Below, in pieces: positions 11,890 through 27,874 of a stretch of 64,000 nucleotides of DNA. Each line of letters begins with the position of its first letter. Positions within the stretch are counted from its first letter, which is position 1. The notes under the pieces were generated by a model. That model made no database searches, had not been told where the DNA came from, and worked only from the letters and a program-made list of their open reading frames with translations. A program made the translations under genes and the position numbers. Origin of the DNA: Chlorokybus atmophyticus (taxonomy: Eukaryota; Plantae; Mesostigma and Chlorokybus algae); NCBI GenBank assembly GCA_009103225.1, contig RHPI01000277.1:269297-333296 (forward strand), read 5' to 3'.

Positions 11890-12290
11890 GTCCACTCTGC
11901 CGAATTACCTCCACAGCATCCACCACTTGTGCACTAACCACATGTCCCAGTGTTATCCATGTGAAGAAGCGCATGGGTTCCCCTCGCCACTTGAAGCATG
12001 AGCGCAAGCACGATTCGCACACGCACTGCACGCAATGGAACAACTCGGGTTCCTTGCACAGCACTTGGCCGAGGCGGCAGCCAAACACGTCGACATTGTG
12101 TGTGGTGTGATGCCAGCAAGCAGCACTAAAACCGTGGCACACTGTCTGCACTCGCTGGCATTCGGTCAAGTGTGCTCGCATTTGCTGCCTACGGCCATTG
12201 GCACATACGTACGCATGGCATTGTGGGCACACCAAGCATGGTCTTCTAGGTGAAGGGGATTCAACTGCTGCCGCCGATATCATGCAAAAT
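11890..12290 (-). pseudogene. Cys/His-rich, possibly PHD-like segment upstream of the Tudor-MTase
   Basis: PCLVCPQCHAYVC...TECQRVQTVCHGFSAACWHH...GC...LC...FHCVQCVCESC lies on the same strand. The ligand spacing is not canonical. Confidence 0.35.
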
Positions 12291-12875
12291 AGGAATCGGC
12301 ACGGCTGCCCACAAACCGAGCGAAATTTTAGGGTATGGGCATCAATTTGGGGTTGCCAGCTTACGAATCCTAAATGGGTCAAACTTTGAGTGAAGCACGA
12401 CCATACCATGGACGCTATTGCAAACCCATGCATGGTACTACATCAACATGAATGGTTCTCCATCTGTTAATTGTACTACAGTACAAGGATACTCGCATAC
12501 TACCACGATCGTAAAGTAATATTGTGCTGTCATTTTTTGGAACCCAGAGCGCTGTCCGAGTTTGTTGCTGTCAACCACGCTCTGAACCAGCGAGGTATGC
12601 AAGCCATGCACTGACTCATGCGCCGGGCAGTCATCATACACATGTATAGCCATTGCTTCTGACAACAGCAGATCTCGGGTGCACCCTGCACCATACTGCA
12701 ACTATACATGTACCTACATGGTTCACAGCAAGCTAACACAAAACTGCAATACATGCACAATTGTCATCAAGGCGGGGGCCAAATTACCGCCGACACGTTG
12801 GCGTCTTGCATCAGGCGTCGCGACTAAAACGGGTGAGGTTGCTTGCAGAAGGGACACGTTTGTAGATTCTTTGAT

Positions 12876-13736
12876 TTATTTGCCACGGTCTTCTAATTTG
12901 CTATGATGCAGACATGGCACATCGCTTTCTTCCAACAAGGCGTCTCCCCATCCGCTGGGGGGGGGGNCAATGCAACAAATCAGCACACATGGTGCACGCG
13001 GGTGTGCAAGCTGCCTTTGCCACCAAACTCTATTATCGCGTTGCAGGCGTAGCGACTCCCATTCAAATGGCGCAGCATAACGCTCCACTGCCTGCTCGAT
13101 CACCTGACGCCCATGTGCCGCCATACACCACCTGCTGGTCTTGGTGGTCTCGTCCAGCATGCGTTTATCCAGGCCGTTGACATGGCTGTCGTCACTCGTG
13201 TACTCCCCCGCATCGCCATATTCTTCGAGCTTCCACAAAATCAGCTCGACGTGCCATATGACATACAGCCACTGCCAGCCAAAGCATGCCAAGTACAGCT
13301 CAAATGGTTTTACTTGCCACCCAGTAGGTTTGCTCAGGTAGTGGCACACATCTCGACCCGCATCAGTCGACATCGACAGGTACATCGGCCACAGCAGGTC
13401 GAAGTTCTGCTCCACGGATAGCTCTTGCACATCGCCGGGTTGCTGCGGCAGCAACAACACCATCATATCGAGGACGGCGAGGGGAACAACGTACTACGGA
13501 TGGTCATATTGTGTATGGGTTCCAACCGGCCAATTCCCAGAGGTCTGTTTGTAACGCACTCTCCACATTTGCTCCCACTTATTGCATACTTTCGTCACCC
13601 ACCTCGAGGCATGCCGCATGCGGTGATGCAGCGCGTCTTGCGCGTATTGTAGGGCGATCAACTTCTTTGCACTGCGAGTCAGCCCTTCAAAGCGTCTGCG
13701 CGTCGGTGCTTTGAGCTTAGGCAGCTCGTGCCGCAC
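12876..13736 (-). pseudogene. Unidentified Trp/aromatic-rich cargo coding segment
   Basis: Two protein-like ORFs (13494..13736 and 12876..13466) lie close together on the same strand, with an N at 12967. No family recognised. Confidence 0.35.
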
Positions 13737-13891
13737 TGGCTGTCTCTCTGGATGATGTTAAGCAGCCACTTGACGCTATAAACCCGCCTGTGCTACCTAC
13801 TCAGGACACACAGTCAGCCCCAGTGAGGCTTCAAGGCGCTGTGCTTCTTCTGACGTTGTAACGATGCCTCACCTTTCCTTTTTTTGTCCTC

Positions 13892-14990
13892 TCAGCGTCC
13901 TTTGTTCCACAACCTTCTCCTTTTTTTTTTGTCAACCTGCACATCTTGGCAGGCGCTCTCCGTGGCATTGTCACTCAAAGGAGGTAAGGCGTCATCTTCT
14001 TGCTCCACAGCCTTGCGCTTGTTGGTTGCCTCCCGTTCCTCCACGACCTCATGTTGCTTCATGAGGTTGAGCATGAAGCCTTTGTCTTTCAGCGCAGCTT
14101 TCAGAACACCTCGATCAATCTCTTTACCAACAAGACAGGCTGGGATCAATGTGGCAAGCTTAGAGGGAGAGGGCGAGCTACAGCTGCTTCTTGATGGAGA
14201 TGCCTCCGGATGGTAAGAGTGCGGTGGCAAGTGAGTCTCCGCGGCAGGAAGGGAGGGTGCTGAGTTGTTATTGCGAACATGTGGCTGTGGTTAAGGGGAG
14301 GCAGGATGTGCAGAACACTTGGCTACTTTCTGCCTAGCACACAAAGGCGAGGCCTGAGGCGTTGGCGCAGCACTGGGTTACAACCGGTGGTAGCGGGGAA
14401 TTGGCAACGCCATTCCGCCACACTCCGATTAGGTCTGTTACCTCCGGTGGCACTTCATGCATAGGCCACGACCACTGTTCGGTGCTTGCAGGCTTGAGGA
14501 GCCAAAAATGTGCTTCTGGCTCATCAGGAGCAGTGTTGCCCACCACCAGGACTGAGTTGGGGGCTTCTTTATTTCCAACCCAAACTGCGCTGCCAGGCCG
14601 TGGCCCACTCCCCATGCTCGCGCTGAACGGTCACGCAGCCAGTCAACAAGCCCAGCTTGTTGGCAAATATGGTCATCTGCAAGTGCTCGACGTATACATC
14701 TTTTCTCCGCACAATCTGTCGCACCTTGGCCATGGCTATGTCAATGTTGCAATTGACATCAGCCAACATGGTCGCAGGTTGTTTGTCGTAATACTGCGCC
14801 ATCTCTCCCGCGGCACCAGTGGCTCTGCAGAAGTCTAGGATTTCGCTCTCCACGCCTGCATCGACAGCCTAGGCGGTGACTTTGCGGAGAGTGTCCCCCC
14901 TGCCGTCGTCGTCCATGGTGTCTAGCATGGCTCAAAATCTGCTCGAGCTGAGGCACTTGTGATCATCCAGGACACCTTGCGCTATGGATG
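13892..14990 (-). pseudogene. OTU-like cysteine protease candidate with a charged, NLS-like tail
   Basis: VLDDHKCLSS (D-x-x-C; Cys 14953-14955), a central helix YVEHLQMTIFANKLG, and EAHFWLLKP (His 14508-14510), followed by KRKAVEQEDD...DKKKRRR. It contains two stops and a frameshift. Confidence 0.4.
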
Positions 14991-15241
14991 GCCTGGCGCA
15001 AAATACACAATGGTAGAAGCAATTACCATCCGTTGGCGCGTTTAAGTGGTCCCATGAGGCGAGCTGGCCACATAGCATGACTAATGGCATATGCGGGTTG
15101 CGGCCAGCTCCTGTGATGACTCGCTAGCAGGTGGTGACCCATGCTGCATGCGCATACAGCACTCAAATGGTGTGTCCAACTGTGGACGGCGAGAGTCACA
15201 GTGACTGATAAAGTACCTGAGTTTGGGGTTGACTCCCAGCT

Positions 15242-16600
15242 TCAACTTGCAGCGGGTGGGGTAAAATAGGTGCAGAAGCCACATCGGTTGTTGCATTGTG
15301 CTGTGGTCTCGCCGGTGGCGGCAAGAAGAATTGTTGCCCCGCAATCACCGGTGCTGCTCGTGGAGGAGATGGCAGTGCATGAAGGACTGGTGCCGCGGAA
15401 GGTGGTTGCGAGGGGAGCAGGAGCAGCAGGTGAGACCACTTGTGCGTGCAGCAAGGGGGGCTGTATACAGAACCCAAGATAAAATGGTTCACAATGTTGC
15501 AAAGGGTGAATATAAGCTTATGCAGTGCCTGACGCATTGTTACCAAGGCACGAGCATAAAAGACAGCGACTTACCTCAATGGCCCGTGGGCTGCATGGAG
15601 CAGGGGAAGCCATGGGGGCTGACAAGGTGGTATTGGGTGCACTCTCCCCGTCACCCTCAATCGCAGACTCGTCACGGAGCTCGTCAGCCATGGGCACATC
15701 ATGTGCCACTGCCCCAATGAACATGTCGGGATTCAACAGGCCAACATGCATGTTAAACTGATGCCGCATTGCCGCCGCGCCCATCAGCAAGTGGGATTGA
15801 AGAACCAGTTGATGGGATTGAATCCAGGCTTGCATAGGAGCTCCAACAGGACCTAGTGCACTATGGTGCTGTTAAGCAATCACATGTGGGTTAGCTGCAT
15901 GCTTGCGACACTGCAGTTGCAATAGTTAGCTGCATCACACCGTCATCAGTTGGTTGCTTCGAACAGTCACCTGCGGCATTGCTGGTTGATGCACGAATGA
16001 TTGCATGGACTGCGTTATTGCTGGTTGATGCACTATTGGTTAAATGCCAAATGAATGGCCACGCGCTCATGTGCTCAAACTTAGCCTACTTCGTTCGGCA
16101 CGCGCGCGCGACTTCGCACGCTCACGCACATCGCAGCATGCAAAGGTAGGCATGCATTAGAGGTGCATGCAGTCAACATGCACAGCGAGATTGGCAACAA
16201 CATACCGCCGCCCAGCTCTGTCTATCTGCTCTGGCTTCCGCAATGTCGGCTTGACTGTAGGGTGGGTATGGGTGAATAGTGGAGGCCTGCAGCCACGCTA
16301 CATGTATCACATGGACTGCGCTTAAAAACAAATTGCTCTTGCAAGGAAATGCATGTGGCTGTTGAGCGTACCTCTGCATTCCTTTGTGTTTGTTCCCACA
16401 GCCGTAATTAGTCCCGCATGATTTTGACAAGGGGCTCCAAGGATTGCAGCTCCTGATCCACTCTTTGTTGCAGAAAGCGAGCCACCAAGCAGCTCTCTGT
16501 GTGAAGATGGTCCTTAATGGCTTGCCTGCTGGTTTGTCCAATGTTGGTGATGCATGTTGGACAGCCCCATTGCTGACGCCTGCCATGATCCATGACGTGG
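15242..16600 (-). pseudogene. Upstream minus-strand cargo coding fragments, unassigned
   Basis: ORFs 16173..16586, 15518..15835 and 15242..15502 are on the same strand as the OTU-like and MTase segments. No family recognised. Confidence 0.25.
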
Positions 16601-16844
16601 CGCCGGGTAGTAGCTGGCTTCGCTGCTTGAACTCTTACGACCACAACTTCTCGCAAGATGTGCCACACCGCCGCCGCCGCCGCCGCCTCCTCCGACTCTT
16701 GGTCCTCCGCCTCCTAGTCGAACCCAGGCCCACTATGCCTGACATTCGACCCCATCATCAACCTGGTGCCCCTGCGTGCCATCATTCGCCACCAATGAAG
16801 CGTTTGGGTGAGTGCACGCTAACTCCCATTTGGGCTGATCGAGC

Positions 16845-16884
16845 AATGGCTCTGTCGTACCATCCATGGTACGACAGAGCCATT
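16845..16884. promoter_or_regulatory. Perfect 19-bp inverted repeat containing a GTACCAT/ATGGTAC pair in the second divergent spacer
   Basis: aatggctctgtcgtaccat-cc-atggtacgacagagccatt, with related partial copies near 16923 and 16998. Confidence 0.7.
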
Positions 16885-17187
16885 ATACGGCAATGGCTAG
16901 GGTTGGACGAGAGATGCCTTTGTCGTACCATAAATGTTACGACACAACCATCGTTACAAATGGTTGTACGAAGCATGGATGGCACGAATACATAAGTCGT
17001 ACCATCAACCATATGAGCAAGGACGCACTACAAGTGCGACTCTAGTGCGGGACACAAGACGTTCAAAACCGCCTCATTTTCGTTTTCGCGCCTTGTACAT
17101 TCGGGCGGGCCAACCGGCGGCGGCAGCGTTGGAGGCGGCAGCGCCACTATCAGCTACACAAGCGGCACCCGACTATCAGTTAGAGAG

Positions 17188-19013
17188 ATGCCTTGTGGTC
17201 CATCCGTAGGTGCACCTCGTCGTAGAGGTCGGTGCCAGTTGTCCATATTGCCCCCAGTGTTTAACCCGGCAACCGTCGCCAACCAATCGCAGCAAGACCC
17301 CGCGCTAACGCCCAGCACATCACAACAACTCCACCTGACACCGCAGTCGCAAGGGCAAGCTAGACTGCATGCGTTCTTGATGCACTGTGCACATTGCTTC
17401 TTGCTCAACTTCCAACTTGGATGCTTGCTTCTTTCATGACTGGCACAGTGACGCACTGCATGCGTTCTGGATACACTGTGCACGTTGTTCTTCTTTCTGA
17501 ACTGTGAGGGTTGCATCTTTCATGGCTGGCAGCATGACTCATGTGGTTATGCTTGCAGAGGGTCGATTGGAACCCCCAACCCAAACGCATTTGGCCGTGA
17601 CGTGGCAACCTCGGCCGTCAGCAACCCTTCTCCAAGCAAGTGGAAGATTGGCAACGAGGTAAGCACTGTGCGACACTGTGACACTGTGTGTATGTGTGTA
17701 ACGGATTGTTCTTCTGTGGACAGCATTTGCGAGATGCCGTCGTTGAAATCATAAACGGCCACTGGGTAGAGAGCCACGTTTATCCCAAGGAGGACACTAT
17801 TCGTAACGTCATGTGTCAGGTGCTGTGAATGCTTCATGACCGCACTGCACCGTGACACTGACCAACCTGCCCGTGACAGGTAGTTGGCTTCGACCATGAC
17901 GACGAGGCCGATGCGGCCAAGTTCTATGAGGTGTACTAAACTCCCGAGGAGTGCCCCTTCCACTGGAGTGTCGCCTTGAAGAAAGCTACGCAGGTCCGGT
18001 CTGAGAACGTCACCAAGATCAAGCATGTCCTTGAGAAGGAGTACAAGTGGACACTGTTTAACAGCAACAAGCGCAAGTGAGTTGGGTCCCTCACCACCAT
18101 GTCTGCTATGCAACACTGCCTTCTTACTCAGCCTCCATACACACGTACGCATCTCGCCTATTGTAACCAATTCAATCAGGCACATTGACGCCCTATTGGA
18201 CTCCGAGATTCAAAAAGCCCATATACGCGACGCGCTCCAAAGTAAGCCACAGGCACTATTTTAGCCTGGTGCAGGCTCAACTTCAACTATTTATATCGTG
18301 CTTAATGCCTTGTTGGTATGACTGTCGCAGACAAGTCATGGCGGAGATTTGAGGTGATCTACAACGCAGACTCGGAGCGGAGGAGATATCCATGAATGGG
18401 GCAACCCCATAATCTGGCAAATAATCGTGCAATGCTGATTTTACGCCGTCACTACATTTGGTCGCCGGCAGCTGACAGTCAACCACCTCGCATACCTGTT
18501 GCTTACGGTGAGCACTCTAAACTCCATCATTAGCAATTCAGGAATGCTGTAGCCCCAAACTACAGGCTTGTAGACGCGTTGCAGTGAATAGTGGCTTTCT
18601 AGCCCACTAAAACATGGCTGTAAACTACGCAGGTGGAGCGCATCCTAAAGGGCAAGGATGGAGACCCTCTCCTAGCTGCCAGCATGAACACACATGAAGA
18701 GTACCTCAGCGAAATCAACACCATGATCATGTTAATGAAGCGGGAGATGAGGCAACGGTACGCAGCCCTCCAGCCATTCACCTAAGTGAAACGACGCACT
18801 GCATCTTGTGTCGAGTACCTGCAAGATCCCAATCGACGCCGGCCGCAAGAAATAGCACCTCGTGACCCGCTCGCTGAGGCAGAAGCGGCATTTTATTGGC
18901 TGGCACAACCGTTTGAGGAGGAAGAGCAAGCTCCGGTGTCTCCCACACAGGACCCAGCGCGTGGTGCTTTGTTCCATGATGACGAGCAAAGCGATGATGG
19001 AGAGGAGCTGTAG
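17188..19013 (+). pseudogene. Spliced cargo gene resembling DUF6532-type transposon accessory proteins, with premature stops
   Basis: GT-AG exon chain: ...SKWKIGNE | HLRDAVVEIINGHWVESHVYPKEDTIRNVMCQ | VVGFDHDDEADAAKFYEVY*TPEECPFHWSVALKKATQVRSENVTKIKHVLEKEY ... WGNPIIWQIIVQC*FYAVTTFGRRQLTVNHLAYLLLT | VERILKGKDG...acidic end. The family match is from memory and is weak. Confidence 0.5.
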
Positions 19014-19384
19014 CGCAGTTGGTAGTCCGTGTAGCTGGTAGTGTACATAGCTACAAGTCTCTTGTGACTAAGTGTTGTGCATCTTAAACCAGCTCAGTCA
19101 ATCGTCATTATGCTCATGAATGTCAATACTTGCATCCCTATGATACAACAGAACTGCAGGCGTTCCAGTCACACCATCGAACTACAAGCCTTGGCAAGTG
19201 ACTGACACTGTACACATTTCAGGTACCTGTACACAGCACATGCACATCACGATGCTGGCAGTCAGTGACAGTCGCGTGTAGTCATGCTATGCAAATACAT
19301 ATATAACGACAGTTGGGCATCAGTCACCTTCAGTTGCTTAAAGAATGCCTTAGTTTATCGATAATTACCTAGTTGGTGCTTGTG

Positions 19385-19740
19385 AATTAGGCTTAGTCGC
19401 CTGCGCTAGATTGGTGTGTAACCTGCAGGTGCCTGTCACATACGCTAATCACCTAAGTAAGACTGATGTGTAAATTGCAAATGCCTGCTAAGTAGGTGTA
19501 GTCACCTGTTAAGGCTTGATGTGTAACTTACAGATGCCCGTTGATTAGTTGTCATCACCTAGTAATGCCTGATGTGTAACTAACAGGTGCCTGTTGATTA
19601 TATAACGTCACCTGTTAAAGCCTGATAAGTAACTAATATGTGGTTAATTATATAGGCATAGTCATCTGCTAAGGCCTGATAGGTAACTGACAGGCGCCTG
19701 GTAATTAGGCATAGTCAACTGTTAAAGACTACATGGTAAC
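19385..19740. repeat. Subterminal tandem array, ~53-bp unit, about 7 diverged copies
   Basis: The tcacct-type anchor recurs at 19397, 19449, 19502, 19555, 19608, 19662 and 19715. Confidence 0.85.
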
Positions 19741-20175
19741 AAAAAGGGCCTGATAGTAACGGAAGTTACTATTAAGTCCCTGTATTGAGATTACAGGTGG
19801 ACTGAGCCACGACAGTCTAGATTAATATCCTCAGGTGCACGGCCGTTGCTAATATTTAATCGGCCGGCAGGGAAAACATATTGCGACGTGTGCCATGTAA
19901 GCGTGTCCAACCGTGCGTGCGCTGGATTTGACGTTTAAATTCGTTGTGCAAGTCAGTGACAACAGTGATATATGGTAAAACCCGTGTAAATAAAAAGTAG
20001 TAATGATGCATTATTTAAATATTGTGTCATCCATATATACTACCAAGGTATAGGCTGACAAAGGATTGCTCATGCAAGCATACACAACAGCACACACAAC
20101 ATCACTTATAAAGGTTGAGGCAGCCACATAATTATTCCGATTGTTTGGAACAAGCGGCAGAGGCAACTAGGCTAG

Positions 20176-20224
20176 GTGCATGCTCTTAGCTAAGTGCATC
20201 ATGCACTTGGCTAAGAGCATGCAC
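20176..20224. other. 24-bp-arm inverted repeat with one mismatch
   Basis: gtgcatgctcttagctaagtgcat-c-atgcacttggctaagagcatgcac. Confidence 0.85.
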
Positions 20225-21404
20225 TGCCTTGCATGATGCAAGGCGGAAGTACAAGCGGACAAACAGGCACGGGCAAGCAGCAGACCTGGCGCAACAAGCC
20301 TATGGTCATCGGTCGTCTCCACCACCACCACAGCAACAGCAAGGAGGGCATCGATGGAGAGGATGACATAGCAGGGCGGGGTGGGATGCTGTGCTGTGTT
20401 GTGCGTTGCGCTTGCCATTGAAAGGCATCTGCGCCGCTTAGTAAGGTACGTTTGTTGGGACTTATGCAGTCGTGTACAGGCAAAGTCTAAATCTCACAAG
20501 GGATTGAAAAGGAGCAAGAGTGCAATGCTAACCAACGGGGCTACGTATGCATGTGTGTTCGCTATAAAAGTACGTAAGTGCAAATCCCGTGGCATGAGGT
20601 ATGCATATCAACATATCACATATTAGTTTGCTCGGCCCTAACATTGTATACTTGATTTACATTATACAACTCCACATCTGATTGTGTCGCGGCGTAACAG
20701 CTTGCCGTAAACTGTTGTGATAAGGGTTGCTATATTGCGAGCGCATAAATGCGTGGTGGGTAGCACATGGTCAAATGGATGGCATGTTAAACTAGATATT
20801 CTCGTTTGCGGGCAAGTTGCTTATTGTCTACACGTGACCCCGGTAGGAGGGTTAAAGGCAAGTGCTCTTAAAGCATTTGTATGCACGCATGTCATTGATG
20901 CTTACACGTGAGCGGCTTATCCCCTTCATTGCGGACGTTGAGCGGCTTGATTATAATCCTTTGCTAGTGCGTGACGTGCGCACTGCCGCGAGCGCGGTTG
21001 TCGGCGATGGTGCAGTGAGAAGGGGCGGCAGTACAGAGGCCGCGCCCGATCTTGGGCTTTCAACGAAGGAGCAGAATGTCGCGTTCGGTGGCATGACATG
21101 AAAGTGACGTGGCGAGCGCCGCTGGTAAAGTTGCTTGTAAATGAAAGTATAGTTGTGCGGCATTGTTGAACACTTGACACCTAATTAATTCTAACACTAG
21201 CATAGCGTATGCATCATTGTCATCCAAAATACACACACATGCTTAGTGTGCATACACATTGCATACAAGAACTAGCAAGCACAAACAACTTGCATGTTTA
21301 TTTAGTAGAGTCTATTATGCAATGCTATGCCAACTTGCATAGTGGGCCCCTGTATTGCACCCTATGCGGCAGCTTTTGTGGGCTAGCGAAGGTAACGAGT
21401 TGGG

Positions 21405-21452
21405 TGTGATGTGATGTGATGTGATGTGATGTGATGTGATGTGATGTGATGT
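21405..21452. repeat. (GTGAT)n microsatellite
   Basis: Read directly from the sequence. Confidence 0.95.
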
Positions 21453-21777
21453 AGGGATGTTTGGGTTTTGCCATTGATCGAGGGCCATGTGGTGTGACAT
21501 GCGTATAGCAATGCTGCTTTGAGTCGCAGAAGTTTGTCATGACAGTCGTGGGGCCGGATGACTGTAACAGTGAGCGGCGCTAACTGCAATGGGTGCACAG
21601 AGGCCGTAACGGCGGACGGCGCTAAATTTGCCTGCTTGAGAGCCGGCGGGGGCGGCGTAGTGGCTGACGTGATGGCTGTCGTCATGGTGCCGGTGGTTGA
21701 CAGGCTGTGATGCCAGCGTTGGTGTCTGTCAGGACAGCAGCTAGCGTCAGAGGTGGTTTAGCCACTGCTCCTTCAAC

Positions 21778-25485
<3,708 letters not shown>

Positions 25486-27874
25486 GCAGAAGCTTCCTTC
25501 CCTGCACAGCAATCTGTGCCAGCCACCGATGCACAGCCGGCAGCGTGCCATACATATGCGATTTAACACTTACATCAAGGCTGCGCGACTTACATCATGT
25601 GAAGGTGACTGCAGCTGAGGAAGGATATCCTGCACGGATGCATGCACAGGCCAGTGCCTGCGTAATGAGATAGAGCGGCTGGCAAGCACGCAGTGCAGCA
25701 GCGAGTGTTAGAGCCAGTTGCATCAAGTTGGTTATCTGTGAGGCAGCATATACATAGAACAACGCGTTGAGTTGCACTGCCAAGTAGCAAGTTGTGTATG
25801 TGGTCGCACCTAATGATGACTGAAACGCTGTGGTGGGTAGTACAAGCATGATTGGGTCTTGCATCTTGTTCGGTTGTTGACCCTATCGGGAGTATGACAA
25901 ACGGTGAAGCTCTTTATATCAATTGTTGGCCTGAAGTGTTTGTTTTCACTGTCTCTAAGGGGTCCTCTTGCAGGCTTTCATATTAAAGGCTGTCACTGCA
26001 TTACGCGACAGGGTAACTTGTAAAAATCAACATAGGACATCCCTTAGGATTGATTATAATACCACAACCTTTGGTACTCTTAAACACTAAAGCTGCAGTC
26101 TGCTGCCTACTGACCTATACCGTTTGGGAAACGAGCGATTGCAGCCGAGAAAACGATCAAGAGCCATGCCTAAAGATTAGGAGATAGACCAACTTAGTAT
26201 CCGCTGGCAGACCACGTGGCTGCAGCAGGTAGGAAGGTGACCGTTAGATAACGAGAGATAGCTATCTATCGGTTAAGGAAATTTAAACTAAGTCGCTGCA
26301 TTGGACTGCATGCACTACCAATGCACTGCACTGGGCTGCTGCATGCATGCATGCATGCATGCAGCTGCGTCCGCTGCAGGCTCACATGGAAGCTTTGGCA
26401 TAAACCATACTCTTGTAAACAGCACCATACATGGTCCACCTGCAGTCGCCATACAAGGTTCTATTACAGGCCATGCATGCACCATATGTGGTGGCATATA
26501 TAATACAAGCCATATTCCCCACATGTTACACCGTATACGCTATGCATTTATGCCATATCAAGGCTGGTGCAAACAGTTAACCATGCATGGTTCTCCAAAT
26601 CTACTGCCACACATGGCGTATACACAATTTTGACCATGCATGGTGTCACATGTACATCACCATATGCGGTGTATGGGGCGCAGCCGTATATGGCGTGCGT
26701 GATAGCCATACCTCTCGTGCATTGCTGCCATGCATGGTCTCAATATGCGATATAGTGTGGCCATAACCATGTACGGCCAATCTGGTGTGCATATGCATAT
26801 ACGTGGCCTTAAAGCATGCCACACATGCCGAATGTCATTACTTGCCAGCACTCAGTGTCATCTCACCCGTACATTTACACAATGGCAGTCAATGTCAGCA
26901 ATCGGGTGGATGGAACACAAGTGGCGTTACTTGCCAAAAACAAGTGGCAGGCGTGTTGTTGCATGCGCATAATGGCAATCAATATGATGGTTATAACGGT
27001 ATTATTCTTAAGGTCATGATCTAATCAATGTGATATTGCTTCTCTCTCTCTCAATGTCATGTTCAAGTGGTATGCAATTTCAGTTGCGTTGGTCAGCAAC
27101 GCAACAAGTTGTCATTGCTATGCAGAGTTAATTGCATTGACACGGCAAGAAGGCAGCCACATACGCATGCTAATAACATACCACCCTTGCTTGGGTGGGA
27201 GATAACAATTGTTCTGAACTTGAAGTTGTTGGAATAGCTATTCTCATTCAATCATTATGGAATTGAATTGATTATGGTTGCATACTCAGAGGTTGAGAGC
27301 CTCAACTTTTTTTGTCTCCTACTGAACAAGATGTACTCATGCTAATGATACACCACTTATGCTTAGTGGGAGACAACAAGTGCTCTCAACTTGCAACTTT
27401 ACAGTTAATAAAACAAGGATTGATTCTCATTGCATACCCTTGAACTTGTCTCCTACTCAAGAAGATGTACTCATGCTGATGATACACCACATATGCTTGG
27501 TTGGGAGACAACAGGTGCTCTCAACTTGCCATTATACGGTTAATAATACAATAGTAAATTCTCATTGCGTACCTCAAACGTGTCTCCTACTTAACAAGCT
27601 GTGCACATGTAATCACACACCGCCTATGCTTGGGTGGGAGATAACAAGTGCTCTTAATTTGTTTAACTAGCTATTTTAGTTTAATAAATGATTGTCATTG
27701 CATACTCCTGAACTTGTCTCCTACTCAACAAGATGTACACATGCTAATGACACACTACCCATGCTTGGGTGGGCGACAACAGGTGCTCTTAATTTGCTAA
27801 TAATACAATAGTAGTGATTAAGTATCATTACGTACTCCTGAACTTGTCTTATACTCAACAAGATGTACACTTGT

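Larger units (their letters stand above)
5343..19889. mobile_element. Plavaka-family DNA transposon, 14.5 kb, carrying cargo genes; decayed
   Basis: The left end is ACGTCACAAATT (5343) and the right end is TTGCGACGT (19889). The flanks rejoin into the interrupted host duplication. Both ends match the ends of the element at 27875-29950. A Plavaka transposase is internal, and subterminal ACGGCCG motifs are present. Confidence 0.85.

Noticed and set aside
17547-18185. 212-aa minus-strand ORF as a gene
   Set aside because: It has no recognisable motifs. The opposite strand carries a consistent GT-AG exon chain, so this is treated as an antisense shadow.
20233-21685. Short ORFs between the transposon and nadB (20233+, 20862+, 21383-)
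   Set aside because: No family motifs and no consistent exon chain. One ORF is partly a GTGAT repeat translation.
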